This document shows positions 43,925 through 63,446 of a DNA stretch of 64,000 nucleotides, piece after piece. The notes under the pieces were generated by a model. That model made no database searches. It was given only the letters and a program-made list of their open reading frames with translations, and was not told where the DNA came from. This DNA comes from Chrysomallon squamiferum (taxonomy: Eukaryota > Animalia > Mollusca). The stretch covers positions 16,616,001-16,680,000 of the forward strand of contig CM022677.1 in the NCBI GenBank assembly GCA_012295275.1. The letters run 5' to 3'. Made by a program: the position numbers and the translations under genes. How positions within the stretch are numbered: position 1 is the first letter of the stretch; each line of letters opens with the position of its first letter.

Positions 43925-44620
43925 CTATATGTCTGTCTATCGCTCATTATATAAAATGTAACAGAATAGTTCACTGATGGAATAAATAACAAAACAAATA
44001 GTAAACTAAAATTAATTTCAGATGAAAAACGTTTAATCACGTGACCAATTGATTTCACCCCCCCCCCCCGGATTACGAAAACATCCCCGTCGGCAAATCC
44101 CTGGTTGATAATCTAAATGTCCACCCAGTAACGTGTCAAGTTGAAATTTATATTTTAATCAATAAGTGAAATTTGTCCGAGCAATAAAAAAGCGTGTTAG
44201 AATTTACATTTCGATTCGTTATTACATATATCAGATTTGTTTTGTTTACCGTCAGAAGAAAATTTATGTTCTAATTTTATTAATTCCTTATCGAGTAGAC
44301 TGACAGTGAAATTGTTTTGTACTTAAGTTATGGTAATATTTTTTTAGAGAGAAAAAAAAAATGATATCATCATAAATTATTAAATAAATGAATTTTGACA
44401 AAGAGTGAATGAAATTTGCACGTGTGATCAAAAAGGGGTTAATAGGTAGTGGAAGTTTATTAATTAATTAATTCATTCATTCATTTACTTACTTACTTAA
44501 ATTTTAAATTAATTTAATAGCTAGTCAGCTACAGGACTGATATAAAAAATTCAGATAGATACCTACTTCTACATGTATTTCACTAGGTAGGTATAAACAT
44601 AGAGGTAGATATAGATAGAT

Positions 44621-44699
<79 letters not shown>

Positions 44700-46024
44700 G
44701 TGTATCTGTCAGTCATTGTCTGTCAGCGTCTGTCAGTCTGTTTGTCTGTGTGTATCGCTAGATATAAAAACAATCGTGGTTTCTGCTGTTCTGTCTAAGG
44801 TCTAACAATGATGTCTTTCCTCTCTCTTGTCAGAATCAGTAATAATAAAACTAACAAAGTTTCACTTTAGAATATCTACATCCACTCCTATTAACAAAAC
44901 TGTCAGTTACTTTGACAACCACATAACATAATGTAACAGTTTCACATCACAGTTATAAAAGCTAAAACAAAAATGAAATTCGTTACAAACACGGAGTGGT
45001 GTGTTGTAATTTCCACCACGTGTTTTCGCGTCACGGCCTTGATCTCTTTGTCAGTTATTACTTGTTGCTAGGCAACTAACTGTGTGCTTAGAGCTGTTAA
45101 CGTGCATGCTTTGGTACTGTGTGGCAAGTTCCGGCATGTGTTATGACGTCATACATTCGTAAAAGAAATAATTCATTGCCTGTCGAAGAAAAAAAAAAAA
45201 TTTCAGGAGCCAAGTTCCCGAAGATGTCGCTCGCTGGGTCATAACTACGTCATAAAATGGCGCGAAGGACAACATAACCACCGAGTTAAAGACTGTTAGC
45301 CAAAAGTGTCGTCTGCTTCTTGTTACGATGTCGTCTGCTTCTTGTTACGATGTCGTCTGCTTGTTGTTACGATGTCGTTTGAAGTCTCTCGTAAAAAACA
45401 AAATCACTGTGTCGTCGTTTTGTTTACCAAATACACGTGCGTAATATTGACTCCTAAATTTGAACTCTGAATAAGAAATTGGTTCGCAGATATATCTACT
45501 TATATGTATTCTGTTGATTACTCTTCTTTTTTTTAATTATTATTACAGAAAAAAAATGTATTCATGTTAAAACTAAGTACATCAGTTATATGTTAAAACC
45601 CACAAGACAAAAAAAAAATTGAATAAACGTTATCTAAATATTAGTATTATAACCAGTGAAAATTTCGTATATTTATCTAAGCTGGTTTGTTGTTTATGAG
45701 TATTCCATTGAGTTTTTTTGCTTGCACCCAGTTTTCAACTGTGATAGTATATATACTCCTCTAAAGATGTTTTCCTTAAATATCAATATCGCCTCTGTAA
45801 TTTTAAAAAGTAATTTTTAAACAAGAGTCACAAAGTGCAGAAGGTGTTATATTTCTGGAACCTGGCGTTAAATAAATAAATAAATGTATAAACGTGCTGT
45901 TAAAGAGAATTCTATTAAAGAGAATTTTTTTTAATGTTTTTTTTTAAATTAGCAATAATAACAGTAAAGCAGGTTTCATGGGGAAGCTTTTGTCTGTTTT
46001 ACAAGTAAACGTGACATAGAGAAC

Positions 46025-46091
<67 letters not shown>

Positions 46092-46515
46092 CAAAGAGAG
46101 ATATACAAAAACAATGAACGACAGAAACAGTTGAAAAGTGAGACTGAGACGAAAAGTGAGACACAGAAACAGAGACAAAAAAGTCACAGAAAGACAGAAG
46201 AAGAAATCAAAAGTGATGTACACAAAGAGGCAAATACTAACTCGAACTGAACGTAGAGTCATCATCCTAAACGAACAGCTGATTAAAACAGAATCAAATC
46301 CACGAACGATATGGGTGTGGAAAGAACAGGTATCCATCTGTTCGTTGCCTAGCAACAAGACGAAAATACGACGCAGCAGACGGCAGGAACCTGAAATCAC
46401 GTGCCGGAAGTCAGAAGGAACCATTCCTTGTTTCAGTTCATCAGAAAACTGTTTCATCGCTTTTATTTTTATTTTATATAACTACGGACAGAAATTGATG
46501 TCTTATTTTCCTATA
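38046..46515 (+). repeat. Tandem segmental duplication, 2 x ~4.23 kb (38046-42277 and 42278-46515)
   Basis: Matching spurious ORFs at 39323 and 43556 are offset by 4233 nt. The second copy starts with the last ~150 nt of the TIR element and has the same TIR/TSD junction at ~42425. Confidence 0.92.
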
Positions 46516-46862
46516 GCATTCCCAAAGGCTTGATAATACTCTTCCTTTTATAATAACCAATTTATTATATATAATATATATATTTGTAGCTATAAGGATT
46601 TAATATAATGCAACGGCCATTGTCAATCAAACTGAACGTTTCATTTCTGATTGAGAAGCAAGCCTCATTTTCAATTCTTGTTTTATTTTATTTTTTTTGG
46701 TTGGTTTGTTTGTTGTTGTATTTTTTGTTTTGTTTTTTTGTTTCCTGGACAAACGTAATCTCCTTACAGAGTTTTGAATGAGAAGAAAAGAAACGTCAGA
46801 CTGAAATACAGACACACAGACAACTGGAGAGGTTGGTAGAGTGAAAAATACGCATAGCGAAT

Positions 46863-46929
<67 letters not shown>

Positions 46930-46958
46930 TTAGATAGATAGATATATAGATTGATTGA

Positions 46959-46994
<36 letters not shown>

Positions 46995-47183
46995 GAGGCA
47001 GATGGATAAGGTTAGAGATAGTAATTAATAAATAGATAGTTTTATTATATAGAGAAATATAGATCGAGAGAGAGATATACAGATATATAAAGATAAAGAT
47101 AAAGACAGACAGACAGATACAAGGAAACACACACACACACACACACATATATAATGAGAGAGACACAGAGAGAGAGAGAGAGG

Positions 47184-47282
<99 letters not shown>

Positions 47283-47449
47283 TAAGATAAACACTGAGAA
47301 TGACAGGCACAGAGATGTATGTATGTGTATGTGTGTGTAAGTTTACATCTGTGCGTATGTATGTATGTGTATGTGTGTGTAAGTTTACGTCTGTGCGTAT
47401 GTATATATGTGTAAGTGTGTGTACATTTTCGTCTGTGTGTATATAGTTG

Positions 47450-52960
<5,511 letters not shown>

Positions 52961-53649
52961 AGGAACGCACTGGCGCAGGAGGACAAAGTTCAATCACGAC
53001 GTCACAAACCTCGTCAGATGCCACTGACGAGACTCCAACGTATGTCACCCATTCACCCGCAGTCAGAAGGCGGTCGATGTTACGGTTCGGCCACCGAGAC
53101 ACACCTAGACACACCCAGATTACAAGACAGCGGGAGTACTCACGTTACCAGTTCTAAACACACAGTTAGTTGCCTAGCATAAAGCAAAATGGCGGAAGTT
53201 ACAACACAGCGCTCCACGTTTTAATATATCAGAGAAATTGTAACGAATTTTTGTTTAGTTTTAGCTTTTATAACTCTGATGTGAAACTGTTAGATTATTT
53301 AACGTGGTTGTCAAAGTAACTAACAGTTTTATTTATAGGAGTGCATGTAGATATTGTGACGTAAAAAGATCATTAGTAGAAAGGTCGTACATGATATCAG
53401 TTTTATTTTGAATAATTTGGATAAGAGAAAGGAAAGACATTATTATTAGACCATAGGTTACTTTTTTATTTGTAATGCCTCATAGACAGAACAGCACATA
53501 CCGCGACTTTTTGATATCTACAAACAGACAGAGACACTAACTGATGACCATAGAGAAATATATATACATACACACATACTATTTTTCTATTTATCTCTCT
53601 ATGTCTCGAGACACGAACTGATAACCTCTCTCTCTCTCTCTCTCTCTTT

Positions 53650-55296
53650 AAACAACCAACCAGCTTAGACAAATAAACACTGGCTAAAACATAACAGTTA
53701 CCAGAAAGAGACAATTTATAATCGGGTGTACGAAAACAATAAGCAATTCAAAATGTAATAAAAATGTCTCGAGCTTGTAAACTATAACTGAACCTCGAAT
53801 GCTAAATGTCCTATTGAAACTGAATGACGGTTTAATCCTCTAAGAGAAAATAGAAAATATTTGTAATCATAACAAACTTGGAGATGAATGATCACTATAT
53901 AGTTCAATGTACTGATCCTAAGTTATTAAATGTGAGAAAAGGTATACCAGATGAGACATCTAAATATGATTTCATATAATAAATTGTAAAAATATATTTG
54001 TATTAAAAATGCTATGTTTGTTAATAAGAACTATATGTGAGAGAGTATGTCCTCCACGTTAAATTTCCACGCATGTGCATTTTAATTGTGTTATTATATA
54101 TCTGTAATACATTCTTCTCTGTACTGTCATCTACAGGTTACGATAATAGCGTCATTGTCATACACACAAAGACATAGTATCAATTAAAGATATAACAAAG
54201 AAATGTTTACATAGGTGTTTACGAAACACATGAAAAGTTAAGACGAGTTGTCGTTCTTGTTGTCTATATCAACCAGTCCCTGGATACCTGGCAACAATCC
54301 CCAGAATTAGGTGAAAAACAAATATCAGAAAAGAAATAACAAAAATACTCTTTAGACGTGTGTGTATATATATATATACTCTCACAGCAATAAACTCAAT
54401 GGAATACTTATTACACTTTAAACAAGAAACCAGCTTAGATAAATAAACAAAACTTTCACTGGTTATAATACCAAATATTTATATAACATCTTTTCAAATT
54501 TTTTCTCGTCTTAGAGATTTGAACATCAAAATGGTGTACTTAGTTTTAATATGAAGACATTAATCAATAATAAAACAACACATAAAGTAATCAACAAAAT
54601 ACATATAAGTAAATACATGTGCTCACCAAACGTACACACGTGCTACACGAAATGAAAGTCAGACTGGTAGAGAAAATAATTACAACACCGTGATTCTCTT
54701 TTCGCTAACAGTCTGCAACTCACTGGTTATGTTGTCCTTCGCGCCATTTTATGACGTAGTTATGACCCAGCGACCGAAATCTTCGGGTACTTGACCCCTG
54801 ACATTTGATTCCGGTTTATTTTGTTTTGGTTATTTTCTGCGACAGTTTTCCGATTTCATGACGTCATAACACGTGCCGGAACTTGCCACACACCATCACA
54901 GCGCGAGCATGCACGTTAACAGCTCTAAGCACACAGTTAGTTGCCTAGCAACAAGTAATAACTGACAAAGAGATCAAGGCCGTGACGTGAAAACACGTGG
55001 TGGAAATTAGAAAACGCTACTCCGTGTTTGAAACGTATTTTATTTTAGTTTCAGGTTTTATAACGGTGATGTGAAACTGTTACATTATGTTATGTGGTTG
55101 TCAAAGTTACTAACAGTTTTATTTATAGGCGTGTATGTGGATATTGTGACGTAAAAAGCTCATTAGTTGTCGTACATGATATCAATTTTATTTTTAATAA
55201 TTATAATAAAAGAAAGGAAAGACATGTATTTATGCATGTATGTATGTACGTATGTATCTAATTTTGTATATGTGTGTATGCATCTATGTATGTATG

Positions 55297-55327
<31 letters not shown>

Positions 55328-56323
55328 GTAGTTTCATGATTTTGAGTATTGTCTGTTTTAAGTACATCTGTCTAGACTCTGCACATAGACAATATTCGGG
55401 AACGTTTATTTGTACAGTCGGACAAAGTCCAATCACGACCTCACAAACCCGTCAGATGCCGCTGACGAGACTCGAACGTATGACCCCCATTCACCCGCAG
55501 TCAGAAGGCGGTCGATGTTACGGTTCGGTCACCGAGACACACCCAGACACACCTAGACACACTTAGATTACAAGAGTATTCACGTTACCAGTTCTAAACA
55601 CACAGTTAGTTGCCTAGCAACAAGCAAAAGCTGAAACAAACAAACACTGGCTAAAGAATAACAGTTAACAGAAAGAGACCATTTATAATCGGGTGTACGA
55701 AAACAATAAGCAATTCAAAATGTAATAAAAATGTCTCGAGCTTGTAAACTATAACTGAACCTCGAATGCTAAATGTCCTATTGAAACTGAATGACGGTTT
55801 AATCCTCTAAGAGAAAATAGAAAATATTTGTAATCATAACAAACTTGGAGATGAATGATCACTATATTTTTCAATGTACTGATCCTAAGTTATTAAATGT
55901 GAGAAAAGGTATACCAGATGAGACATCTAAATATGATTTCATATAATAAGTTGTAAAAATATATTTGTATGAAAGATGCTATGTTTGTTAATAAGAACTA
56001 TATGTGAGAGAGTATGTCCTCCACGTTAAATTTCCACGCATGTGCATTTTAATTGTGTTATTATATATCTGTAATACATTCTTCTCTGTACTGTCATCTA
56101 CAGGATATGATAATAGCGTCATTGTCATAGACACAAAGACATAGTATCAATTAAAGATATAACAAAGAAATGTTTACATAGTTGTTTACGAAACACATGA
56201 AAAGTTAAGACGAGTTGTCGTTCTTGTTGTCTATATCAACCAGTCCCGGATACCTGGCAACCATCCACAGAATTAGGTGAAAAACAAATATCAGAAAAGA
56301 AATAACAAAAATACTCTTTAGAC

Positions 56324-56373
<50 letters not shown>

Positions 56374-58304
56374 TCTCACAGCAATAAACACAATGGAATA
56401 CTTATTACACTTTAAACAAGAAACCAGCTTAGATAAATAAACAAAACTTTCACTGGTTATAATACCAAATATTTATATAACATCTTTTCAAATTTGTTCT
56501 TGTCTTAGAGATTTGAACATCAAAATGCTGTACTTAGCTTTAATATGAAGACATTAATCAATAATAAAACAACACATAAAGTAATCAACAAAATACATAT
56601 AAGTAAATACATGTGCTCACCAAACGTACACACGTGCTACACGAAATGAAAGTCAGACTGGTAGAGAAAATAATTACAACACCGTGATTCTCTTTTCGCT
56701 AACAGTCTGCAACTCACTGGTTATGTTGTCCTTCGCGCCATTGTATGACGTAGTTATGACCCAGCGACGGAAATCTTCGGGTACTTGACACCTGACATTA
56801 GATTCCGGTTTATTTTGTTTTGGTTATTTTCTGCGACAGTTTTCCGATTTCATGACGTCATAACACGTGCCGGAACTTGCCACACACCATCACAGCGCGA
56901 GCATTCACGTTAACAGCTCTAAGCACACAGTTAGTTGCCTAGCAACAAGTAATAACTGACAAATAGATCAAGGCCGTGACGTGAAAACACGTGGTGGAAA
57001 TTAGAAAACGCTACTCCGTTATTGAAACGTATTTTATTTTAGTTTCAGGTTTTATAACGGTGATGTGAAACTGTTACATTATGTTATGTGGTTGTCAAAG
57101 TTACTAACAGTTTTATATATAGGAGTGTATGTAGATATTGTGACGTAAAAAGCTCATTAGTTGTCGTACATGATATCAATTTTATTTTTAATAATTATAA
57201 TAAAAGAAAGGAAAGACATGTATGTATGTATCTAATTTTGTATATGTATGTATGCATCTATGTATGTATGTATGTATGTATGTATGTATGAAAGTATGTA
57301 TGTATGTATGTAGTTTCATAATTTTGAATATTCTCTGTTTTAAGTACATCTGTCTAGACTCTGCACATAGACAATATTCGGGAACGTTTATTTGTACAGT
57401 CGGACAAAGTCCAATCACGACCTCACAAACCCGTCAGATTCCGCTGACGAGACTCGAACGTATGACCCCCATTCGCCCGCACTCAGAAGGCGGAAGATGT
57501 TACGGTTCGGCCACCGAGACACACCCAGACACACCTAGACACACTTAGATTACAAGAGTATTCACGTTACCAGTTCTAAACACACAGTTAGTTGCCTAGC
57601 AACAAGCAAAAGCTAAAACAAACAAACACTGGCTAAAGAATAACAGTTAACAGAAAGAGACCATTTATAATCGGGTGTACGAAAACAATAAGCAATTCAA
57701 AATGTAATAAAAATGTCTCGAGCTTGTAAACTATAACTGAACCTCGAATGCTAAATGTCCTATTGAAACTGAATGACGGTTTAATCCTCTAAGAGAAAAT
57801 AGAAAATATTTGTAATCATAACAAACTTGGAGATGAATGATCACTATATATTTCAATGTACTGATCCTAAGTTATTAAATGTGAGAAAAGGTATACCAGA
57901 TGAGACATCTAAATATGATTTCATATAATAAATTGTAAAAATATATTTGTATTAAAAATGCTATGTTTGTTAATAAGAACCATATGTGAGAGAGTATGTC
58001 CTCCACGTTAAATTTCCACGCATGTGCATTTTAATTGTGTTATTATATATCTGTAATACATTCTTCTCTGTACTGTCATCTACAGGTTATGATAATAGCG
58101 TCATTGTCATAGACACAAAGACATAGTATCAATTAAAGATATAACAAAGAAATGTTTACATAGGTGTTTACGAAACACATGAAAAGTTAAGACGAGTTGT
58201 CGTTCTTGTTGTCTATATCAACCAGTCCCTGGATACCTGGCAACAATCCCCAGAATTAGGTGAAAAACAAATATCAGAAAAGAAATAACAAAAATACTCT
58301 TTAG

Positions 58305-58342
<38 letters not shown>

Positions 58343-58577
58343 TCTCACAGCAATAAACTCAATGGAATACTTATTACACTTTAAACAAGAAACCAGCTTA
58401 GATAAATAAACAAAACTTTCACTGGTTATAATACCAAATATTTATATAACATCTTTTCAAATTTGTTCTGTCTTAGAGGATTTTGAACATCAAAATGGTG
58501 TACTTAGTTTTACTATGAAGACATTAATCAATAATAAACAACACATAAAAGTAATCAACAAAATACATATATAAATA
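53650..58577 (-). repeat. Inverted copy of the ~1.98-kb tandem array, ~2.5 units, ending at the gap
   Basis: Reverse complement of the 1-8620 unit. GACGAGTTGTCGTTCTTGTTGTC recurs at ~54242, 56209 and 58191. Confidence 0.97.
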
Positions 58578-58777
58578 NNNNNNNNNNNNNNNNNNNNNNN
58601 NNNNNNNNNNNNNNNNNNNNNNNNNNNNNNNNNNNNNNNNNNNNNNNNNNNNNNNNNNNNNNNNNNNNNNNNNNNNNNNNNNNNNNNNNNNNNNNNNNNN
58701 NNNNNNNNNNNNNNNNNNNNNNNNNNNNNNNNNNNNNNNNNNNNNNNNNNNNNNNNNNNNNNNNNNNNNNNNNNNNN
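58578..58777. other. Assembly gap (200 N)
   Basis: Run of exactly 200 N separating the repeat domain from single-copy sequence. Confidence 0.99.
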
Positions 58778-58941
58778 ATTTATACCATTTTCCATAGTCT
58801 TAATTGTTTTTAATCAGATCATTTTATGCCTTACAAGAAATAATAACATGTATATAGCTTCAAATCATAAAATAATAACAGTTTTAAAAGAAATATTTTA
58901 ATTTCAATATAGCAGAACAGAAAGTCAAATTAATTATACAG

Positions 58942-60248
58942 TCTATGAGGGGTTTTTTTTGGCTTCTCCTTTTGAGCTTAGTTGTAAGGTATTTGACTAT
59001 CATCTGGTTTTGCTGCTTGGTTCTAACACAGTTAGGTTTTCTATCAGAAGAAAGTTTATACTTATACAAATATTTTTGAAAACTGTTAAGTCACTGTTGT
59101 CTAGTATAACTGATGTATATATTAAAAAACAAAACAAAAAAAACAACAACTCAGAAACAAAAAACCTTTATGAGGTCAGAGCTGTATTTAATCATCAGCT
59201 AAAGAAAATCAGTTCATCAAAATAACAGACTAAATTTGTTTTTATTTATTACTGTTTTAATGCAATTTAACTAGTGATTTAATCTAATTTGCCTTATTAA
59301 TCTAATCTGGTTAGAAATAAAGGAAATAATAATAATAATAAATAAATAAATAAATCTATCAATAAATAGAACTGTTATTCAGGTCACTAGGCGTTTAACT
59401 GACATGTTAAATGAGCATCTTTTCTTTAGCTCTGGATTATGTTGCATCTTGTTCTAAATGTAATTATAAATGCATACATTGCTGGACAGGTAAAATGAAA
59501 AGTAACCCATGTTGTGTGAAATGTGCTCATTTTGGACTTGCATAAATTCTACAGTTTACTCTAACTGCCTTTGGTAAGTACTACAACACTCAGTCATGTG
59601 TACAACAACTACATATTTAGCCTGGGTTCATTTCTTAAGTATATTAATTAAATGAATATATGAAAGTAATAACATGATTATTATAAAAAGTGCTGGCTGA
59701 ACTCAATATAAAAATAAAAGTGTTTGTTGCACTTTATAAATAATGTAGCTTGATACAGAGTTTAATAAAGATTACCAATAAGGCTGGAATCATTAGGTAA
59801 TCCTATAAAGGCTGAGGTTTCATTATTTTAAAGTTCAAATTCTAAAGCATTTTAAAAGGTGAAGCATTATGAGTAGTTCAACTATAATCTCTTATTACTT
59901 TCCAGTACTTTGATGCACACAAACATTAAATAATGTTTAGAAGTATTATGCAAACAATACCTGCTGAATACCTGTAAAGTCTGTATAAGAAGAAAAAAAA
60001 AAAAATTATTAAATAGTATTATGAGTCTTAATTAATTAATTAATGAAAATAGACTCATTATATAGGCTTTATTATTTGAAACAAAACATCCCAACAAAAC
60101 AATTGTTTAAACTCATTTTTATTTTACTTTATTCATTGTTTTAGCAGTGGAAGAAGTGAACTTTGATGTAAGTCATTTTATCATAATTCTCACAGTAATC
60201 AAAAACAGCTAGGAAAGTGTTGTGAAATCTTTAATATTCTTGTATGTG

Positions 60249-60289
<41 letters not shown>

Positions 60290-60543
60290 GTGCATGTTTC
60301 TGTGTTTATACATATTATATATTTATAATTATTTAGCAGTCAACTGAGGGTTCTCTCATGCATAAAACATAAAGTCATAATTATTATCTCAGAATAAATT
60401 TTATTTTTCTAATAATTTAAATTTGATCATACAGATTATTTTATAATATAAATTATGTAAATACATTTAAAGTTTATTTTTTTCCTAAAAGTTAGATAAA
60501 TAAATAAATAATTAAATAATAATACTAATAATAATAAAAATAA

Positions 60544-60579
<36 letters not shown>

Positions 60580-60658
60580 GAAGAGAAACCTATCCCATTA
60601 ACAGTGTATTGCACTGTATTAAACTGCTTCTCTTGTTCAGTCATATAGACGTCCGTAG
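58942..60658 (+). CDS. Putative 3' end of a multi-exon gene (exons 58942-58988, 59430-59489, 59555-59573, 60145-60167, 60641-60658), probably a membrane protein
   Basis: Each exon has an AG acceptor and the first four have GT donors (GTATTT, GTAAAA, GTAAGT, GTAAGT). Phases join into xYEGFFLASPFELSCK-LWIMLHLVLNVIINAYIAGQ-FTLTAF-AVEEVNFD-SYRRP*. Family not recognised. Confidence 0.5.
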
Positions 60659-61281
60659 TTTAGACGATAATTTGTCCGGGTTTTACGTTATAACCTCCTG
60701 TTTTTAAAGTTGTTACGAAGAGCAGACGATAATTTTTTTGTCATGAATACTTTCATCAATGTCTGGTAAGTAATATTTACACAATTATTTATTTGTTTAT
60801 TTGTTATTTGTTATTTTTATTTATTTTCATTTGTTATTATGAGAAGAATTATTTTAAAACTGTTTTCGCTGTAAGCAAAAGCTAGATGTTTCCAATTTTA
60901 TTTATATATGTAGCACGGATCAAAAGGAACGATAACTCGTAACGGCACAAAATGCGTTTACTGAAAAAATAGCTGTTGATTTCTCCAATTTAATGTGTAC
61001 ACACTACGCCTGAATATTCTTTTCTGATGGGTTCTGACACGTGGAACATAGCCAGCTAGAAAATTTAATACATTCATTAGATATAACATTATAATTTAAG
61101 TTTATTATGAACGCATTGCACAAAAATAATCCAGTTGGTAAAGTTTGATTAAGGTAAACATTTAGTTAGGCGAGGTATTCTACACCATGGGTTTGTAAAA
61201 TGAAAAAGCATCCATAACTTTATTAGTATAAATCATAAAAAATACAGAAAATGGACTAAAATTGTTGAATTTGGCAGTTTG

Positions 61282-61310
61282 AAACATGGCGGCATCCGAC
61301 GCTGGTCAGT
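61282..61310 (+). promoter_or_regulatory. YY1/Kozak-like AAACATGGCGG, possible first exon (MAASDA) with G|GTCAGT donor
   Basis: GAAACATGGCGGCATCCGACGCTGGTCAGT in single-copy DNA ~2.1 kb upstream of the P4H ORF. Confidence 0.3.
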
Positions 61311-61549
61311 GTTTGCACACTTTAAAACATGTATTCCTTCATAATGCAATCAATTTCACAAGGATTGTTAAACGTAATTTGTTAAAATAATTAATGCCTC
61401 GTATACACATAGACGCTATTACTGATCAGAAATTACTGAAAAGGTCAACATTTTAAAAAAAAATTTTTTTTTTTTTTTTTTTAACTTTGTCCTGATACGA
61501 CGTCTAATCTGTTTCTTACTATATTTAAATATATATATATATATATATA

Positions 61550-61587
<38 letters not shown>

Positions 61588-63446
61588 TTATTCTTCTTCT
61601 TCTTATTATTATTATTATTGTTATAATCATTACGATCTCGCTAGAAAAAAAAAAAAAAAAAAAAAAAAAGGAACAAAAAAAAGAAACAAATAAACAACAA
61701 TAAAGAATTGAAAACATGAAAACAAAAAAACAAAATAATTTCAGCTGCCACTGGCGGGTGAATATGAAGGTGAATATGAAGGTGACTGTTCTCATTAGGT
61801 ACCATAAACAACAAATCAAGCACTTTTTGTTCGGATGCTGGCATTGATACATTCACTGTAGTGCTTGATAAACATTTTTTGGACAAAACATTATTTATTT
61901 TATTTTGTTTAAAGGTCCCTCAACCGGCCGTTTAACAAAATTAATCAAAACTAAATGGTTCACTCTTTTTCATTAAAATAAAAAGCAGTCATCTTCAAAA
62001 ACCTGTACTATTACGTATGCAAGCAATGAGTTTATTATTAGAATTTAAAAAAAAGAAAGAAAAATGTCCACGCTAATATATGTATTTTTAAATTCATTCT
62101 TTTTTCTTTTCTGCTCGAACGGCGTAATATTAAAAGTTGCTATTTCATAAGCACTAAGAAAAACATCTTCAGATATAATATTATAATTATTAGTAAAGTC
62201 GACATTAAACATTTAAAAAATAAAAGTATAAAATATATATAATTCTTTTTTTAATATGTATGTATATATGTATGTATGTATGTATGTTATATATGTATAA
62301 TATCAAAATGGTGATCAAATATACATCAGGAATTAGGGAATTTGAAAATATTATTTAAGTTACGTTTTCGTCTGTCACAGTGTTGGTACGTTGATCATAT
62401 TATGGAGTTTATCAGATTATAATTTTTCTTTCTTCATCTTCTACTTTTTCTGCTTGTTGTTCGTCATCTTCTTCTTTGTCTTTGCTACAGTCTTTAAATT
62501 AAATAGTTTGGTTCAACGAATGTCATTTAGTATATGAGTTACTTTGTGAGATTTTTAATTTAAATTTAATTTCGCGAACATCACTTTCATTACTATTGTT
62601 TGGAACGGGCTGATGAAACATAATTATAAGCTTCCATAGTATTAACAATACAAGAGAGGATCGTACATATATAACATAATATTCCGAGTCATTAAGAGCA
62701 GTCCGACAGTTAATCCGACAACGAGTTGTTCGGTTACTCGGAGTCTGAATTTGCGAGGCACTAACTGTAGGATTTAATTTGCCTCTACCTACCATTCTTA
62801 GTATTGTGTGCCTGTAGAATGCACTCGGAAATATAGACGTAACTGTCGCTCCTTGTCCTACAGAGACAAAATGGTCATCATACACAACGAAAGCAAATAA
62901 ATAATGGTTATATTCGTCTGCTGAAGAACATTTTACTTTTGTTTTCTCTCGGTATTTAATTGGCGATCTTTCACATTTAGCGTTCGTATTTTAAGAAGAT
63001 AGTTTAAGGTGCGATTAAAACATTTTCCATCTAAGGAAGTACATTCATTCGGGCATTTAGATGAAATAAGAACGAAGAGTATATCTGCGTTAGACAGGTC
63101 AGCACATCAGATATTTGTGATCACATACGTCAGGCTGAAATAACAATATTAATTAAATAAATAAACAACGTAATAACATGGGAGTGTGAAAAAAATATAA
63201 TTAAATATATCTAAATAACTTCTGACTCGATTTTTAGCAAGTCGCCATAATAGAAGATCCGTTTGTGTCCCAGTTACTATATCACTCAGAATTATTGATT
63301 TCCCAGGTTTCTGTCGACACAGCTCTTTTTTAACGAAAATTATTATCATAAAAAAATTAAATATTATAAATTTATATGCTGAAATTAATGAAATATGCTT
63401 TGAAAATTTCTACGAAGCAACATATATATATACACTACGAACAAAG

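Noticed and set aside
55445-55485. Hammerhead-like CTGACGA-GACTC-GAAC in module A
   Set aside because: It has GAAC rather than GAAA, no stem I can be drawn, and CTGACG is sequestered by the upstream CGTCAG.
62523-62885. 120-aa minus-strand ORF upstream of P4HA
   Set aside because: It has a non-ATG start, no recognisable motif and no supporting splice context.
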